From a virus (Duplodnaviria; Caudoviricetes): 64,000 nt of DNA. The notes under the pieces were generated by a model. It was not told the origin of the DNA. It worked only from the letters and a program-made list of their open reading frames with translations, and did not search any database. The position numbers were made by a program, and so were the translations under genes. Shown in pieces: positions 45,519-55,324 of the stretch. Position 1 is the stretch's first letter. The number at the start of each line of letters is the position of its first letter. The stretch is from positions 29,209-93,208 of the IMG/VR virus record IMGVR_UViG_3300029288_000120; one strand, written 5' to 3'.

Positions 45519-46356
45519 GATTAGTATATCGAACGATTGGTTGCTTATTGACGTTAGTAACTTGGCTTATAGATCTTTGTATACTATGGGTGGTTTATCA
45601 TATGATGATTTAGCCACGGGGGTTGTCTATGGTATCTTTCGAGATATTTTGTATCTGACAGATAGGTTTGGAACGAACAACATTGCTTTCTGTTTTGACT
45701 GTGGTTCATGGCGTAGGAAAAGATTGTACAGTGGTTATAAATCAGGCAGGCTTAGAAAACTGGGGGAGATGACAGATGAAGAAGCACATGCCAGAACGGA
45801 TCTTCGCAGGCAACTAAACAACCTCAGAAATACCTGGCTCCCAGAGATGGGATTTCGAAATGTCTTCTTTGACGATGGGTATGAAGCAGATGACGTGATA
45901 GCTAGTATTTGTAGAAACCATGAAGAACTGGGAGGAAAGATCATTGTTAGCAGTGACCAAGATCTTTTTCAGTTACTGGATGAAAGCACCATTGTGTTTA
46001 ATCCTGTTAGTAAAGTGATTACAAATAGGAAATCGTTTGAAGAGAAGTTCAAAACGAGACCTGATAGTTGGTCTATGGTTAAAGCAATTGCTGGTTGTTC
46101 CAGTGATGACATTCCAGGGGTAAAAGGAGTGGGGGAGATCACAGCCATCAAGTTTTTGAGAAATGAGCTTAAAGAGGAATCAAAAGCTTTCCAAGCCATA
46201 GTGAATGAGCATAGTAGTATCAGATTGTTTCAGAAGCTAACAGAATTGCCTTTCCCTGGATGCAAAAAGTTTGAGTTGAGGGGTGATTCTGTAACAGCAG
46301 TTAAATGGAACAAAGTAATGCGATCAATGGGAATGGAATCCCTGGTAAGAAAATAG
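45511..46356 (+). CDS. 5'-3' exonuclease/flap endonuclease (PolI N-terminal/T4 RNase H-like)
   Basis: LLID, YEADDVIA, SSDQDLFQL and SDDIPGVKGVGE motifs. Confidence 0.9.
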   Translation: MNEISISNDWLLIDVSNLAYRSLYTMGGLSYDDLATGVVYGIFRDILYLTDRFGTNNIAFCFDCGSWRRKRLYSGYKSGRLRKLGEMTDEEAHARTDLRRQLNNLRNTWLPEMGFRNVFFDDGYEADDVIASICRNHEELGGKIIVSSDQDLFQLLDESTIVFNPVSKVITNRKSFEEKFKTRPDSWSMVKAIAGCSSDDIPGVKGVGEITAIKFLRNELKEESKAFQAIVNEHSSIRLFQKLTELPFPGCKKFELRGDSVTAVKWNKVMRSMGMESLVRK

Positions 46357-46360
46357 CACA

Positions 46361-46894
46361 ATGAAAATTTTAGCACTGGATCCCGCTACAAGTTGTGGAT
46401 GGGCACATTCGGATGGATTTTCTGGTACATGGGATCTTTCTGTACGTAGAGATGAGTCTGGGGGTATGCGTTTAATAAGACTGACATCTAAGTTGGATGA
46501 GGTTGATGATACAATAGGGGTAGACCTTGTGGCATTTGAGGCTGCTCGTCATGGTGCTCCCAATATGCAAGGGGCTTTGGTTGTTCATGCAGAACTGCAA
46601 GCGACTATTAAACTGTGGTGTGAGAAGAGAGGGGTGGACTATAGGGGATACAGTCCTACGGAGATAAAGAAGTTCGCAACAGGAAAAGGTAATGCTGGTA
46701 AGGATTTGATGCTGATAGCAGCGGAGAAGAGTTGGCCTCTGAAGAATTTTGGCACCGGTGATGAAGTTGATGCCTGGTGGTTGCTACTGCTAGCCATGAA
46801 GGAGTTGAGGATTAGTATAGACAACATAAAAAATACCTTTGGAGGTAGGGATGCTGAAGAGTGTAAGGTTAAAAAACTTCCAGTGTCACAGTGA
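46361..46894 (+). CDS. RuvC-like Holliday junction resolvase
   Basis: ILALDPATSCGWA, VAFE, IKKFATGKGNAGK and DEVDA motifs. Confidence 0.85.
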   Translation: MKILALDPATSCGWAHSDGFSGTWDLSVRRDESGGMRLIRLTSKLDEVDDTIGVDLVAFEAARHGAPNMQGALVVHAELQATIKLWCEKRGVDYRGYSPTEIKKFATGKGNAGKDLMLIAAEKSWPLKNFGTGDEVDAWWLLLLAMKELRISIDNIKNTFGGRDAEECKVKKLPVSQ

Positions 46895-47903
46895 CTTCAG
46901 AATTGACTTTGATGAAAAAATTACCGCAATAACTGGTCCCAGTGATGTTGGTAAGTCTTCCATAATACGATCCTTGCGATGGTTGTCCCAAAATAGGCCA
47001 TTAGGATCAGGTATCATAAAGGATGGGGAAGAATGTTCCTCTGTGTTTGTTTCTGTTGATGGGGTAAATCTAAGAAGGGACAGATCAAAGAGCAGAAACT
47101 CCTATTCTGTTAAGAGGGAGGGTGAAGTCAATCGCATGGATGCAGTGGGCACTGATGTTCCAGAAGTCGTTCAGGATATACTAAATCTAGGACCAGAAAA
47201 CTTCCAAGGGCAACATGATTCCCCTTTTTGGTTTTGCTTGTCCGCTGGGGATGTAGCCAAGAACCTCAACCGTATAACAAACCTAGAATTGATAGATCAC
47301 TCTATTGAGTTTCTAAATAATAGAGTAAGAAAATCAAACGCTAAAGTGGAGGTTTGTAGAGATAGAGTACAAGAAGATGAGAAAGTGCTTGTAGAGTTGG
47401 ACTACGTTCCAGACATGGCTGACGATTTTAATATACTGAAGTCTCTGTATGATAGGTTTGCTTTTTTGGAGGAATTGGAATCTGATGTAAGGGTATCCGT
47501 AGAACAGTACAAGGAAGTTCTTGAAACCATTGTGCTACTGAGAAAATTTATAGCAGATGATGAGGATTTTCTTAGAGTGGGAAATGATCTTATAGAGGTA
47601 GCAGAGGAAGAAAAAGCACTGTCCCAACTAACAGATGAAGTAAACAATCTGCAGAATATAATAGAGAGTGAATTTCCTGACATTGGTGACTTGCAAGACA
47701 TTGTGGACAGAATGATGAAACTTGAAAGTGATGGCAAGTCATTGAAGAACGAAATTTCTACAGCCAAGTTCTACAAGCAGAAGTTAAAAGAATCGAGAGT
47801 AAATTTTGGTGATGCTGAGACAGAATTTACTGAGAAACTAGATGGTAAATGTCCTGTATGTGGAGGCAATGTAGATGTCGATAGTTGCTATTCTCTGTGC
47901 TGA
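46851..47903 (+). CDS. SbcC/Rad50-like ATPase, N-terminal half
   Basis: LKNFQCH, GPSDVGKSS, Q-loop FQGQ, coiled coil, terminal CPVCG hook. Confidence 0.85.
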   Translation: MLKSVRLKNFQCHSDFRIDFDEKITAITGPSDVGKSSIIRSLRWLSQNRPLGSGIIKDGEECSSVFVSVDGVNLRRDRSKSRNSYSVKREGEVNRMDAVGTDVPEVVQDILNLGPENFQGQHDSPFWFCLSAGDVAKNLNRITNLELIDHSIEFLNNRVRKSNAKVEVCRDRVQEDEKVLVELDYVPDMADDFNILKSLYDRFAFLEELESDVRVSVEQYKEVLETIVLLRKFIADDEDFLRVGNDLIEVAEEEKALSQLTDEVNNLQNIIESEFPDIGDLQDIVDRMMKLESDGKSLKNEISTAKFYKQKLKESRVNFGDAETEFTEKLDGKCPVCGGNVDVDSCYSLC

Positions 47904-48792
47904 TATTCACTTGAGCCATACCCCTCCAGTTGCCAGGTCAGTGGAACCTGATTGGTACACTGCTCAGGAAAGAATACTGGAGCAGATTGTGATACTGGCA
48001 AGGGATAATAAAGTACCAATTTATGTTGCGGGGGACATTTTTGATAGGTGGAATCCTCCTGTTGAGTTGGTAAATTTTCTAATCGAGTTTATCAAGGAAA
48101 GTGGAGCTACTGTTTATGCAATTCCTGGACAGCATGATTTACCTTACCATGATAAGAATCAGGTATTCAAGTCAGCATATAGAACACCAATACTTGCAGA
48201 GGTTGTGAAGTCATTGACTCTGGGAGTTTTTACCGATGTGATTAGCGTTATGGGGGCTTACTATGATGAGATTCCTAAAATAGGGTTTCAAAAACTCAGT
48301 AAGAAAGGAAGAAGGGCACTAACTGTAGCCGTCTGCCACAAGTATATATGGATGAACTCAGACAACTCCTACCCCGGAGCTCCAGCAGAAGGTAGCGTAA
48401 AAACATTAGCAAAGAAGTTGAAAGGTTTTGACGTTGCTGTGTTTGGTGATAACCATATTGGATTTGATTGTAAGGTAGGAGATATTACAATCTATAACTG
48501 TGGTTGTTTAATACCCAGAAAGATGGATGAGAGAAAGTCAAAGCCATCAGTTGGTTTACTGCATGAGGATGGAACAGTTACACGCGAGTATTTAGATACA
48601 AGTAAGGACTTGTGGATAGATGTTGAAGATGCCATAAATCCTGAAGTTGTGGGAATGCGAGATTTCATTGATGGGTTGAAGAATTTGGAGAGTGATAGTT
48701 TCGACTTTCGTGAGGAGGTTGAGCGTTACATAGCAGATAACAAGGTGGAAAGAAGAGTTGCTGATTTGGTTTTGGAGTCGATGGGAAAGTAA
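47875..48792 (+). CDS. SbcD/Mre11-like metallophosphoesterase nuclease
   Basis: ADIHL, AGDIFD, PGQHD and GDNH motifs. Confidence 0.88.
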   Translation: MSIVAILCADIHLSHTPPVARSVEPDWYTAQERILEQIVILARDNKVPIYVAGDIFDRWNPPVELVNFLIEFIKESGATVYAIPGQHDLPYHDKNQVFKSAYRTPILAEVVKSLTLGVFTDVISVMGAYYDEIPKIGFQKLSKKGRRALTVAVCHKYIWMNSDNSYPGAPAEGSVKTLAKKLKGFDVAVFGDNHIGFDCKVGDITIYNCGCLIPRKMDERKSKPSVGLLHEDGTVTREYLDTSKDLWIDVEDAINPEVVGMRDFIDGLKNLESDSFDFREEVERYIADNKVERRVADLVLESMGK

Positions 48793-48833
48793 CAAGATAG
48801 ACTTGTTGAAGTTGATTAGAAAGGAACTGACGG

Positions 48834-49079
48834 ATGGACTTGCGGGAATTCGAGCAGATAAAAGCAAAGGTTGAAAAAACCAAGAAGGAACTAGCCAAGG
48901 CAGAAGGTGTGTTGTCTGAGCATATGAGAAGACTGAAGGATGAGTTTGGTTGTTCCTCTGTTGAAGAAGCTGAGAAAAAACTAGAACAACTGCAAAACAA
49001 GAAAGTTGTTTTGGAAGAGAAGTATACCAAGAGATTGAAGAAATTCAAAGCTGATTGGTCGGAGAAGTTAAGTGGATAA
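48834..49079 (+). CDS. small coiled-coil protein (possible SbcC middle fragment)
   Basis: Heptad-rich; lies between sbcD and the SbcC C-terminal half. Confidence 0.55.
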   Translation: MDLREFEQIKAKVEKTKKELAKAEGVLSEHMRRLKDEFGCSSVEEAEKKLEQLQNKKVVLEEKYTKRLKKFKADWSEKLSG

Positions 49080-49668
49080 TAGCTTCATAACAAATACTGG
49101 AGATATGGTTTCCAAGCTTCTATACAAGTACAGACAAGCAGAAGACAGCATGGTCCGATCAAAGAAAAGTCTGGATGAAGCTAAGGAAGAACAAGCAGAT
49201 GCTCTGGGAGCAAGGGTTATTGTACAAGAAATATCCAAAGCAGTGCAGCAAAAAGTCCACCAGAAGATTGCTGATATAGTAGACAAGTGTTTATCTGCCG
49301 TGTTTGAAGATTCATATGAGTTCAAGATCAATTTTGAAACCAAGAGAGGGAAAACAGAAGCCAACTTGGTTTTCGTTCGAGATGGTATTGAACTTGATGA
49401 TCCCTTAAACCAAGTTGGTGGGGGTGTTATTGATGTTGCTTCCTTAGCCTTACGCCTTGCTTGTATTCTTTTGGCTAAACCTAGGCGAAGAAAACTGCTG
49501 GTACTGGATGAGCCATTGAAAAATGTACGCGGAAAAGAACACAGAAGAAGGGTTAGGGATTTGCTACAATCTCTGGCAGATGAGTTAGGGGTACAAATAA
49601 TACTCAATGTCGATCTTGATTCCTACCCGGAATTTTCTTTGGGGAAAATTGTGGAGATGGGTATATAA
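49072..49668 (+). CDS. SbcC/Rad50-like ATPase, C-terminal half
   Basis: Signature-like VGGG..DVASLALRLA; Walker B LLVLDEP. Confidence 0.8.
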   Translation: MDNSFITNTGDMVSKLLYKYRQAEDSMVRSKKSLDEAKEEQADALGARVIVQEISKAVQQKVHQKIADIVDKCLSAVFEDSYEFKINFETKRGKTEANLVFVRDGIELDDPLNQVGGGVIDVASLALRLACILLAKPRRRKLLVLDEPLKNVRGKEHRRRVRDLLQSLADELGVQIILNVDLDSYPEFSLGKIVEMGI

Positions 49669-49688
49669 TTTAATGAAAGGGATTTTGT

Positions 49689-49907
49689 ATGTTGGTAATA
49701 AGTCGGAAAATTGGTGAATCTGTACATATAGGGGATACAATCAATGTAGTGGTCATTGATGTAGTGGGAAATAAAGTAAGATTAGGAATTGAAGCACCAA
49801 AGGAAGTCAATATACGTAGAGACGAGGTTAGGGAAAATAAGAACAGAAGCATGGAGATAAAACAATGCCCGTCTGTGAAAAAGCAAAAAAACTCAGAGAA
49901 CTTGTAG
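49689..49907 (+). CDS. csrA: carbon storage regulator CsrA/RsmA
   Basis: MLVISRKIGESVHIGDTI...KVRLGIEAPKEVNIRRDE. Confidence 0.93.
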   Translation: MLVISRKIGESVHIGDTINVVVIDVVGNKVRLGIEAPKEVNIRRDEVRENKNRSMEIKQCPSVKKQKNSENL

Positions 49908-50119
49908 ATGAGCCTGTTGCAGTTCTGGAAGATTATGGACTTGATGTTAGAGTCATAAATCTTTTAGAGGACAGATTAGAAATAGTGTATATGAAAGACC
50001 TTCTCAAACGCACCAAAGTGGAATTGTTAGAAACACCAGAAATTGGAAAGATGATGGTGGAAAACATAGGTAGCTCAATTGAAAACTTCTTGTCATCTAT
50101 AAAACAGGTGCAGAAATGA
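49865..50119 (+). CDS. RNA polymerase alpha-CTD-like protein
   Basis: LDVRVINLLE..I.YMKDLLKRTKVELLETPEIGKMMVENI matches the alpha-CTD HhH pattern. Confidence 0.65.
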   Translation: MPVCEKAKKLRELVDEPVAVLEDYGLDVRVINLLEDRLEIVYMKDLLKRTKVELLETPEIGKMMVENIGSSIENFLSSIKQVQK

Positions 50120-51480
50120 AAATAGCAGTAATTGGTACTGGGTATGTTGGTTTGGTAACAGGATTGTGTTTTGCAACCAAACACCAGGTTGTGTGCATTG
50201 ACAAGGATCCCAACAAGATAAATATGTTGATAAATGGGAGAATACCCATATATGAGGAGGATATTTGTGAGCTTTGGGAGCAAGTCAAATCAAGAGTAGA
50301 ATTCACTACAAATGCTACTGCTATCAAACAGTGTGAAGTTATTTTTATTTGTGTTGGTACCCCAGAAGGAGAAGATGGAAAACCAAATCTAAATCAGGTA
50401 TATGGAGCAATCTGTGACATTGCAGTGCAATCAGAGAGTAACAAGATAATCGTTATGAAGAGTACTGTTCCAGTGGGAACTTGTGCTGATTGTAGTGAGG
50501 TAGTAAATTCTCCCCCCGATTCTGGTTTGAAAAAGTACGAAGGGGTGCACCACGTAATAGTAAGCAATCCGGAGTTTCTTAAAGAGGGTACAGCAATTTT
50601 TGATTTCTTCAATCCAGATAGGGTTGTTATTGGTTGTGATAGAAAAGTAGGGGAAATTTCTGCTTCTAAAGCAGTAGAAAATTTGTATAGATCTGTTTTG
50701 AAATACACTACGTATGTACACACTTCCACCAGGTCAGCTGAATTGATTAAGTATGCTTCCAATTGTTTTTTAGCCACTAAGGTAGCTTTCGTCAATGAGT
50801 TATCGGAGTTGTGTGAATTGTTGGGTGCCGACATTGACCAAGTAAGACAAGGTGTTGTAAGTGATAAAAGAATCGGCACTCAGTTTTTTAAGCCTGGCCC
50901 TGGGTATGGGGGATCTTGTTTTCCAAAAGATGTAAAGGGGTATATCAGTATGGGCAAGACCGTCCAAAAAGATTTGAGGATAGCTAGTGCTGTTGATGAA
51001 AGCAACAAAATAGTTAAGCGTTTTCGTTTGCTGGATAAGTTGGTGAAAGCTGTTGGTTGTGTGAAAGGAAAGAATATAGCAATACTGGGGGTGGCGTTTA
51101 AGCCAGGTACTGATGATATTAGAGAAAGTCCTGCATTGGATTTGATACAGAATATAGTATCGTTGGGAGGTCATTTATTTGTGCATGATTCCTTTGCTAC
51201 AGAGAATGTAGTTAAGTGGTTGTGTGAAAATCAATTGGATAATTCTGTTGTGGTTCGTGATTGCTTAGCTTTACTAACTGATGTAAATCTTGATGCAATA
51301 GTATTGGTTACTGACCATGAAGCGTACAAAACAATAGACTGGAAAAAAGTGGTAAAGAATTGCAAAGTACTAGTTGATGGGCGAAATTTGTATTCTCCGG
51401 AGGAAATGACTAAAATAGGAATGACATACCTCAGTATAGGTAGGAAAGATGTTTTTAGAAAGGAAACTGATGTCCGTTAA
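50116..51480 (+). CDS. ugd: UDP-glucose 6-dehydrogenase
   Basis: GTGYVG, KSTVPVGT, NPEFLKEG, GYGGSCFPKD and FKPGTDDIRESP motifs. Confidence 0.93.
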   Translation: MKIAVIGTGYVGLVTGLCFATKHQVVCIDKDPNKINMLINGRIPIYEEDICELWEQVKSRVEFTTNATAIKQCEVIFICVGTPEGEDGKPNLNQVYGAICDIAVQSESNKIIVMKSTVPVGTCADCSEVVNSPPDSGLKKYEGVHHVIVSNPEFLKEGTAIFDFFNPDRVVIGCDRKVGEISASKAVENLYRSVLKYTTYVHTSTRSAELIKYASNCFLATKVAFVNELSELCELLGADIDQVRQGVVSDKRIGTQFFKPGPGYGGSCFPKDVKGYISMGKTVQKDLRIASAVDESNKIVKRFRLLDKLVKAVGCVKGKNIAILGVAFKPGTDDIRESPALDLIQNIVSLGGHLFVHDSFATENVVKWLCENQLDNSVVVRDCLALLTDVNLDAIVLVTDHEAYKTIDWKKVVKNCKVLVDGRNLYSPEEMTKIGMTYLSIGRKDVFRKETDVR

Positions 51481-51688
51481 AAGATATACCTGTGACTTGT
51501 GCGGGAAGCGTGTTTTGAAAGCCCAAGCAAAGATGTTAGGGGGTGATACTATTGTATGTTTGAAATGCTATGATGGCAGGAAGCCTTCCTTGATAGCAAG
51601 CAAGAACACGCCTAGAAATTCTAAGTGTCCTTGTGGATCGGGGAAAAAGTATAAGAGTTGTTGTATGAGAAGTAGAGTAGGAGGATAG
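51449..51688 (+). CDS. SEC-C motif zinc-binding protein
   Basis: RNSKCPCGSGKKYKSCC; likely start MSVKRY (51470). Confidence 0.75.
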   Translation: MFLERKLMSVKRYTCDLCGKRVLKAQAKMLGGDTIVCLKCYDGRKPSLIASKNTPRNSKCPCGSGKKYKSCCMRSRVGG

Positions 51689-51694
51689 GAAACA

Positions 51695-52363
51695 ATGGCC
51701 TGGAGAACGTCAAGTACTCGTAAAAATGTTGCTGTCATTGTTCGCAGACAAGCAGTACGAAATGATTTGCTAAATGGTTTGACTAATCAAATAGCCCTTG
51801 CTGCAAGATATGGAATATCCCAGCAGTCCATTGGTAATGACATATCTGTCATACTGGGAGATATGCGGGAAGAAAACAAACAAGTGGCCAAGGCTGAACT
51901 TTTAATTGCTCTCAGTAGAATGGAGGACAACTATAAAGAAGCCTCCAAAGCTTGGAGGAAGAGCAAAAGAAACAAAGAGGAGGTTGTAACTGATAGAGTA
52001 AAGAAGGTTTGTGTGGCTTGTAGGGGAACAGGAATGAGGAATGCAGATCCAGATACAGAAGAATGGTGTCCTCTGTGTAATGGAGATGGTTTTATCATTC
52101 AGGAAAAGATAACCAGAAGAGTCACAGGTCAAGCAGGAGATCCATCATTTCTGAAAGAGCGACGTGAGTTGATAAAGTTTAGGTGTTTCTTGTTGGGAAT
52201 CCCAGACAAGTCTCCTGATGAGAAACCTATAATAAATATAAATTTTGCTAACATTAGCAACGATAAGATACTAAAGGCATTGAGCGCCATAGAACAATTA
52301 AGGGAAGAAAAGATCAAGGCAGAGGCGATCAATGTCCAGTTCGAAGCAGGAGCTCCAAGCTAA
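51695..52363 (+). CDS. putative terminase small subunit with DnaJ-type Zn finger
   Basis: N-terminal HTH (QIALAARYGISQQSIGNDI), CVACRGTG...CPLCNGDG; directly upstream of TerL. Confidence 0.6.
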   Translation: MAWRTSSTRKNVAVIVRRQAVRNDLLNGLTNQIALAARYGISQQSIGNDISVILGDMREENKQVAKAELLIALSRMEDNYKEASKAWRKSKRNKEEVVTDRVKKVCVACRGTGMRNADPDTEEWCPLCNGDGFIIQEKITRRVTGQAGDPSFLKERRELIKFRCFLLGIPDKSPDEKPIININFANISNDKILKALSAIEQLREEKIKAEAINVQFEAGAPS

Positions 52364-53885
52364 CGAGTTACCCCTTAGTGAAGATGAAGTAAAAGAGATT
52401 TACATAGAGAAGTCAAAGACAGATTTCCTTCTCTTTATTCAAGGGTTGAAGATACCCAGTGCTACAGGTCCTCGATTATTTGCCAAGTGTATGGTAGATT
52501 TTCAGATGGACTTTTTTGCGGCTGTGGCACCCTCTTTTCATGCTATCCGTGATGGTAGGGATCCCCCCGATAAGAGATTTTGGTTGGAAAGAACCAAAAA
52601 ATCCAGTAAGGATTCCGATTTAGCTGCCGCTCTGCTTTGGTTGATGGCATTCCCGAAAAGACCCTTTAAGTGCCAGGTTGTTGCTTCCAATAGCAAACAA
52701 GCTAGGATCATTGAGGATAGAGCTGTTGAAATACTCTACTACAATCCATGGCTAAATGACTATGTTGAGATAGTAGAGTCATCAATTCGTAACAAAGCAA
52801 GACACAAAGAAGTATGGGTAAGGATTGAGGCCACTTCAAATGCTGGAAGTGCTCAAGGACAAACACCTGATCTACTTGTACTCAATGAATTGGTACACGT
52901 AGAGAAATGGTCTGTCATGCAAGCCCATATGAATAATGCTGCTGGTGTTCCAAGGGGTGTTATCATCATATCTACGAATGCGGGTATTAAGGGAACACCT
53001 GCGGATGGTTGGAGAAAGAATGCTCTGCTTGATAAAAAGAGATGGAAAACTTTTATTTGGAACAAGTTGGCACCATGGATATCACCAGAAGACGTAGCAG
53101 AAGCAAAGAAGCAGGATCCTATTGGTATGGAGTATGCTAGGCTATGGGAGGGGAAATGGATTAGTGGTGTAGGAAGTGCTTTGGATGAAGAGACAATAGA
53201 GAGACGTTTCAATCTGGCTGGTCCCCAATTACGTAGGGAAGAGGGATGGTTTTACTTTGGGGGACTTGACTTGGGTATTAGTCACGACCATGCTGGTTTG
53301 ACTGTACTGGGATCAAATACTTTGGAAAACAAAGTTAGGGTTGTATTCTTTAAGGGATTCAAACCCGAATTTCCTACAGGAAATAAGCTAGAGGTTGATT
53401 TGGATAGGGTGGAAAAAGAATGCTTCAAACTATATCAAAGATATGGCATTAGTTGGTTTGGTTATGATCCTGCTGCTGGGGGATCATTTATGGCACAAAG
53501 GTTGAGGAGCAAGGGGGTGCCTATGGTTGAGTACACTTTTTCCAGCCCTTCCAATAGAACTGTTATGGCAACTACTTTCATACAAGCTATGAGAGATGGT
53601 AAATTAGATTGCTACGATGATGAAGCAGGTACCTTGCGTAGGGATTTTGGAAAGTTCAACATTGAGCACAAGCCCCCGTCTGGTTACAAGTTGAATGCTG
53701 TTAGTGATGAGTTTGGTCATGCTGACGTTGGTACTGCCCTAGTGATAGCATTGACAGAAGCAGTTTCTAGCTTAGAAATGTTTTCGGATGGAGGGGAAGA
53801 GAATTTGGTGTTTGAAGAAAGCAAATTAAGTGACAGAGAAATAAAATCGTTACCAAAAGAATTTCAAGACATCCTAAATATGTGA
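52332..53885 (+). CDS. terminase large subunit
   Basis: ATPase half (VVASNSKQARII, LLVLNELVH, IIISTNAG) plus RNase H-like half (GLDLG..HD, YDP, HADVGTAL). Confidence 0.8.
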   Translation: MSSSKQELQANELPLSEDEVKEIYIEKSKTDFLLFIQGLKIPSATGPRLFAKCMVDFQMDFFAAVAPSFHAIRDGRDPPDKRFWLERTKKSSKDSDLAAALLWLMAFPKRPFKCQVVASNSKQARIIEDRAVEILYYNPWLNDYVEIVESSIRNKARHKEVWVRIEATSNAGSAQGQTPDLLVLNELVHVEKWSVMQAHMNNAAGVPRGVIIISTNAGIKGTPADGWRKNALLDKKRWKTFIWNKLAPWISPEDVAEAKKQDPIGMEYARLWEGKWISGVGSALDEETIERRFNLAGPQLRREEGWFYFGGLDLGISHDHAGLTVLGSNTLENKVRVVFFKGFKPEFPTGNKLEVDLDRVEKECFKLYQRYGISWFGYDPAAGGSFMAQRLRSKGVPMVEYTFSSPSNRTVMATTFIQAMRDGKLDCYDDEAGTLRRDFGKFNIEHKPPSGYKLNAVSDEFGHADVGTALVIALTEAVSSLEMFSDGGEENLVFEESKLSDREIKSLPKEFQDILNM

Positions 53886-53937
53886 TTTGGATCCCTATTG
53901 GGACCAGATCCTCATTTTTTTATAATGGAGTGTAAGG

Positions 53938-54210
53938 ATGAATGATACGGATAAATTAAGTTTAGCAACGCATACTCTAAACAATGAAAAGTCTTTATTT
54001 CCTGAGTCATTCATATCGGCTGTTCGGGAGTGTTTGGATGTTGGCATAACATCAGAGCAACTTACAGCCATAGTCCTTTTGAGTGTTGGTATTTTGAAAA
54101 CGGGGAAATTGGACATTCAGGATTTAATAGGTAGAACTAGAGAAGTATCCAACGTGTTGTTAGGTTTAGAGAAGCATGAAGCTGTTTGTAATAAGAAGAA
54201 ACGGATTTAA
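53938..54210 (+). CDS. hypothetical protein
   Basis: ORF after TATAAT. Confidence 0.5.
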   Translation: MNDTDKLSLATHTLNNEKSLFPESFISAVRECLDVGITSEQLTAIVLLSVGILKTGKLDIQDLIGRTREVSNVLLGLEKHEAVCNKKKRI

Positions 54211-54236
54211 GTATTTTAACCAGTGAGGTAAAGAAG

Positions 54237-54587
54237 ATGTCTGCGAATGAAACGAAGTTGGGTGTGGCTGCTGCATTGAGAGAATTCTTGAACGGCAGTT
54301 CTAATGTTAAGTTGAGTTTGTCTGCTAGTCAGGCAAGACGATTGGGACTTACACGCTGGGATATTTTCCAAGCTGTTCGTAAGTTAAACAAGAGTGGGAT
54401 GCTAGACATCAAAGCACCCACAAGCGAAATTGCTGTGGATGTCCTCAGTGTACTGGCAACTGATTCTAAGTATGCAAGTGCTTGGGAGTCAGTTGGTCCA
54501 AGTTTTGATTGGGAATCAATACTTGCTTTTATCGAAGCAATCCTTCCTTTGATTCTCAAGTTGATCGAGATTTTTTCTTTGATCTAA
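54237..54587 (+). CDS. hypothetical protein with amphipathic C-terminus
   Basis: DWESILAFIEAILPLILKLIEIF. Confidence 0.6.
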   Translation: MSANETKLGVAAALREFLNGSSNVKLSLSASQARRLGLTRWDIFQAVRKLNKSGMLDIKAPTSEIAVDVLSVLATDSKYASAWESVGPSFDWESILAFIEAILPLILKLIEIFSLI

Positions 54588-54620
54588 AACCAGATTTTTG
54601 TACAAGAAAGAGAGAGAAAA

Positions 54621-55118
54621 ATGAAAAAGACTGTATGTGTAGCTATGGGGGCAGCTTTTGTCCTGGGGTTTGTAATCACACTCTATGCTGAGGATTGCAC
54701 TACTTGTCCCAACAAAGGACAATGTTTTACTTCCAAAACAAGGGTACTGGGAAGAGGGGGAGTCTTGGACAATAGGCTTCTCGAAATGATTCCTGAAAAG
54801 AATAAAGTTGAAGTGACTGTTGAAGGTGGGGGCAAGTACATTGCTAAGAAAAGTAGCAAAGAATGGGCCCTCAGTGTACAGACATGCGAAGGAAATGATT
54901 GTCCTTTTCGTTTGGCCCCTACTGTAAAGAGACAAGAACCTCAACCCACCTTAGCAAAGAAGAAAATCCAAAAGAAGGAAGTGGTTAAGGAAGTTACCAA
55001 AGTGAAGAGGTCGCAGAAATGTGGTCGACGTGGTTTTCAAAGATTCTTCACTAGGCCGAGGGTCAGGAATGTAGGATGGCGTATACAGGCACTTCGTTCT
55101 CGTGGATGTTGTAACTAA
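54621..55118 (+). CDS. secreted basic/Cys-containing protein
   Basis: Signal peptide; Arg-rich C-terminus. Confidence 0.55.
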   Translation: MKKTVCVAMGAAFVLGFVITLYAEDCTTCPNKGQCFTSKTRVLGRGGVLDNRLLEMIPEKNKVEVTVEGGGKYIAKKSSKEWALSVQTCEGNDCPFRLAPTVKRQEPQPTLAKKKIQKKEVVKEVTKVKRSQKCGRRGFQRFFTRPRVRNVGWRIQALRSRGCCN

Positions 55119-55151
55119 TAACAGAAGACAACTAATACAAAGGACAGAAAA

Positions 55152-55322
55152 ATGTCACAGCATACTAATGAGACTTTGGCTTTGAAAGCATCTGCATTGG
55201 AGCAAGCCAAAGCTCATTTGAATGTGGTTTTATTGCTTACTTATGATACAGCCAAGAATGAAAATGCCAACTGGGCATTGAAGAATTTTCTTGTAGAATT
55301 TGAAAACATCATAAGGGAGTAA
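55152..55322 (+). CDS. small hypothetical protein (56 aa, not in the ORF track)
   Basis: AAGGA RBS; fills the gap between neighbours. Confidence 0.45.
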   Translation: MSQHTNETLALKASALEQAKAHLNVVLLLTYDTAKNENANWALKNFLVEFENIIRE

Positions 55323-55324
55323 AT

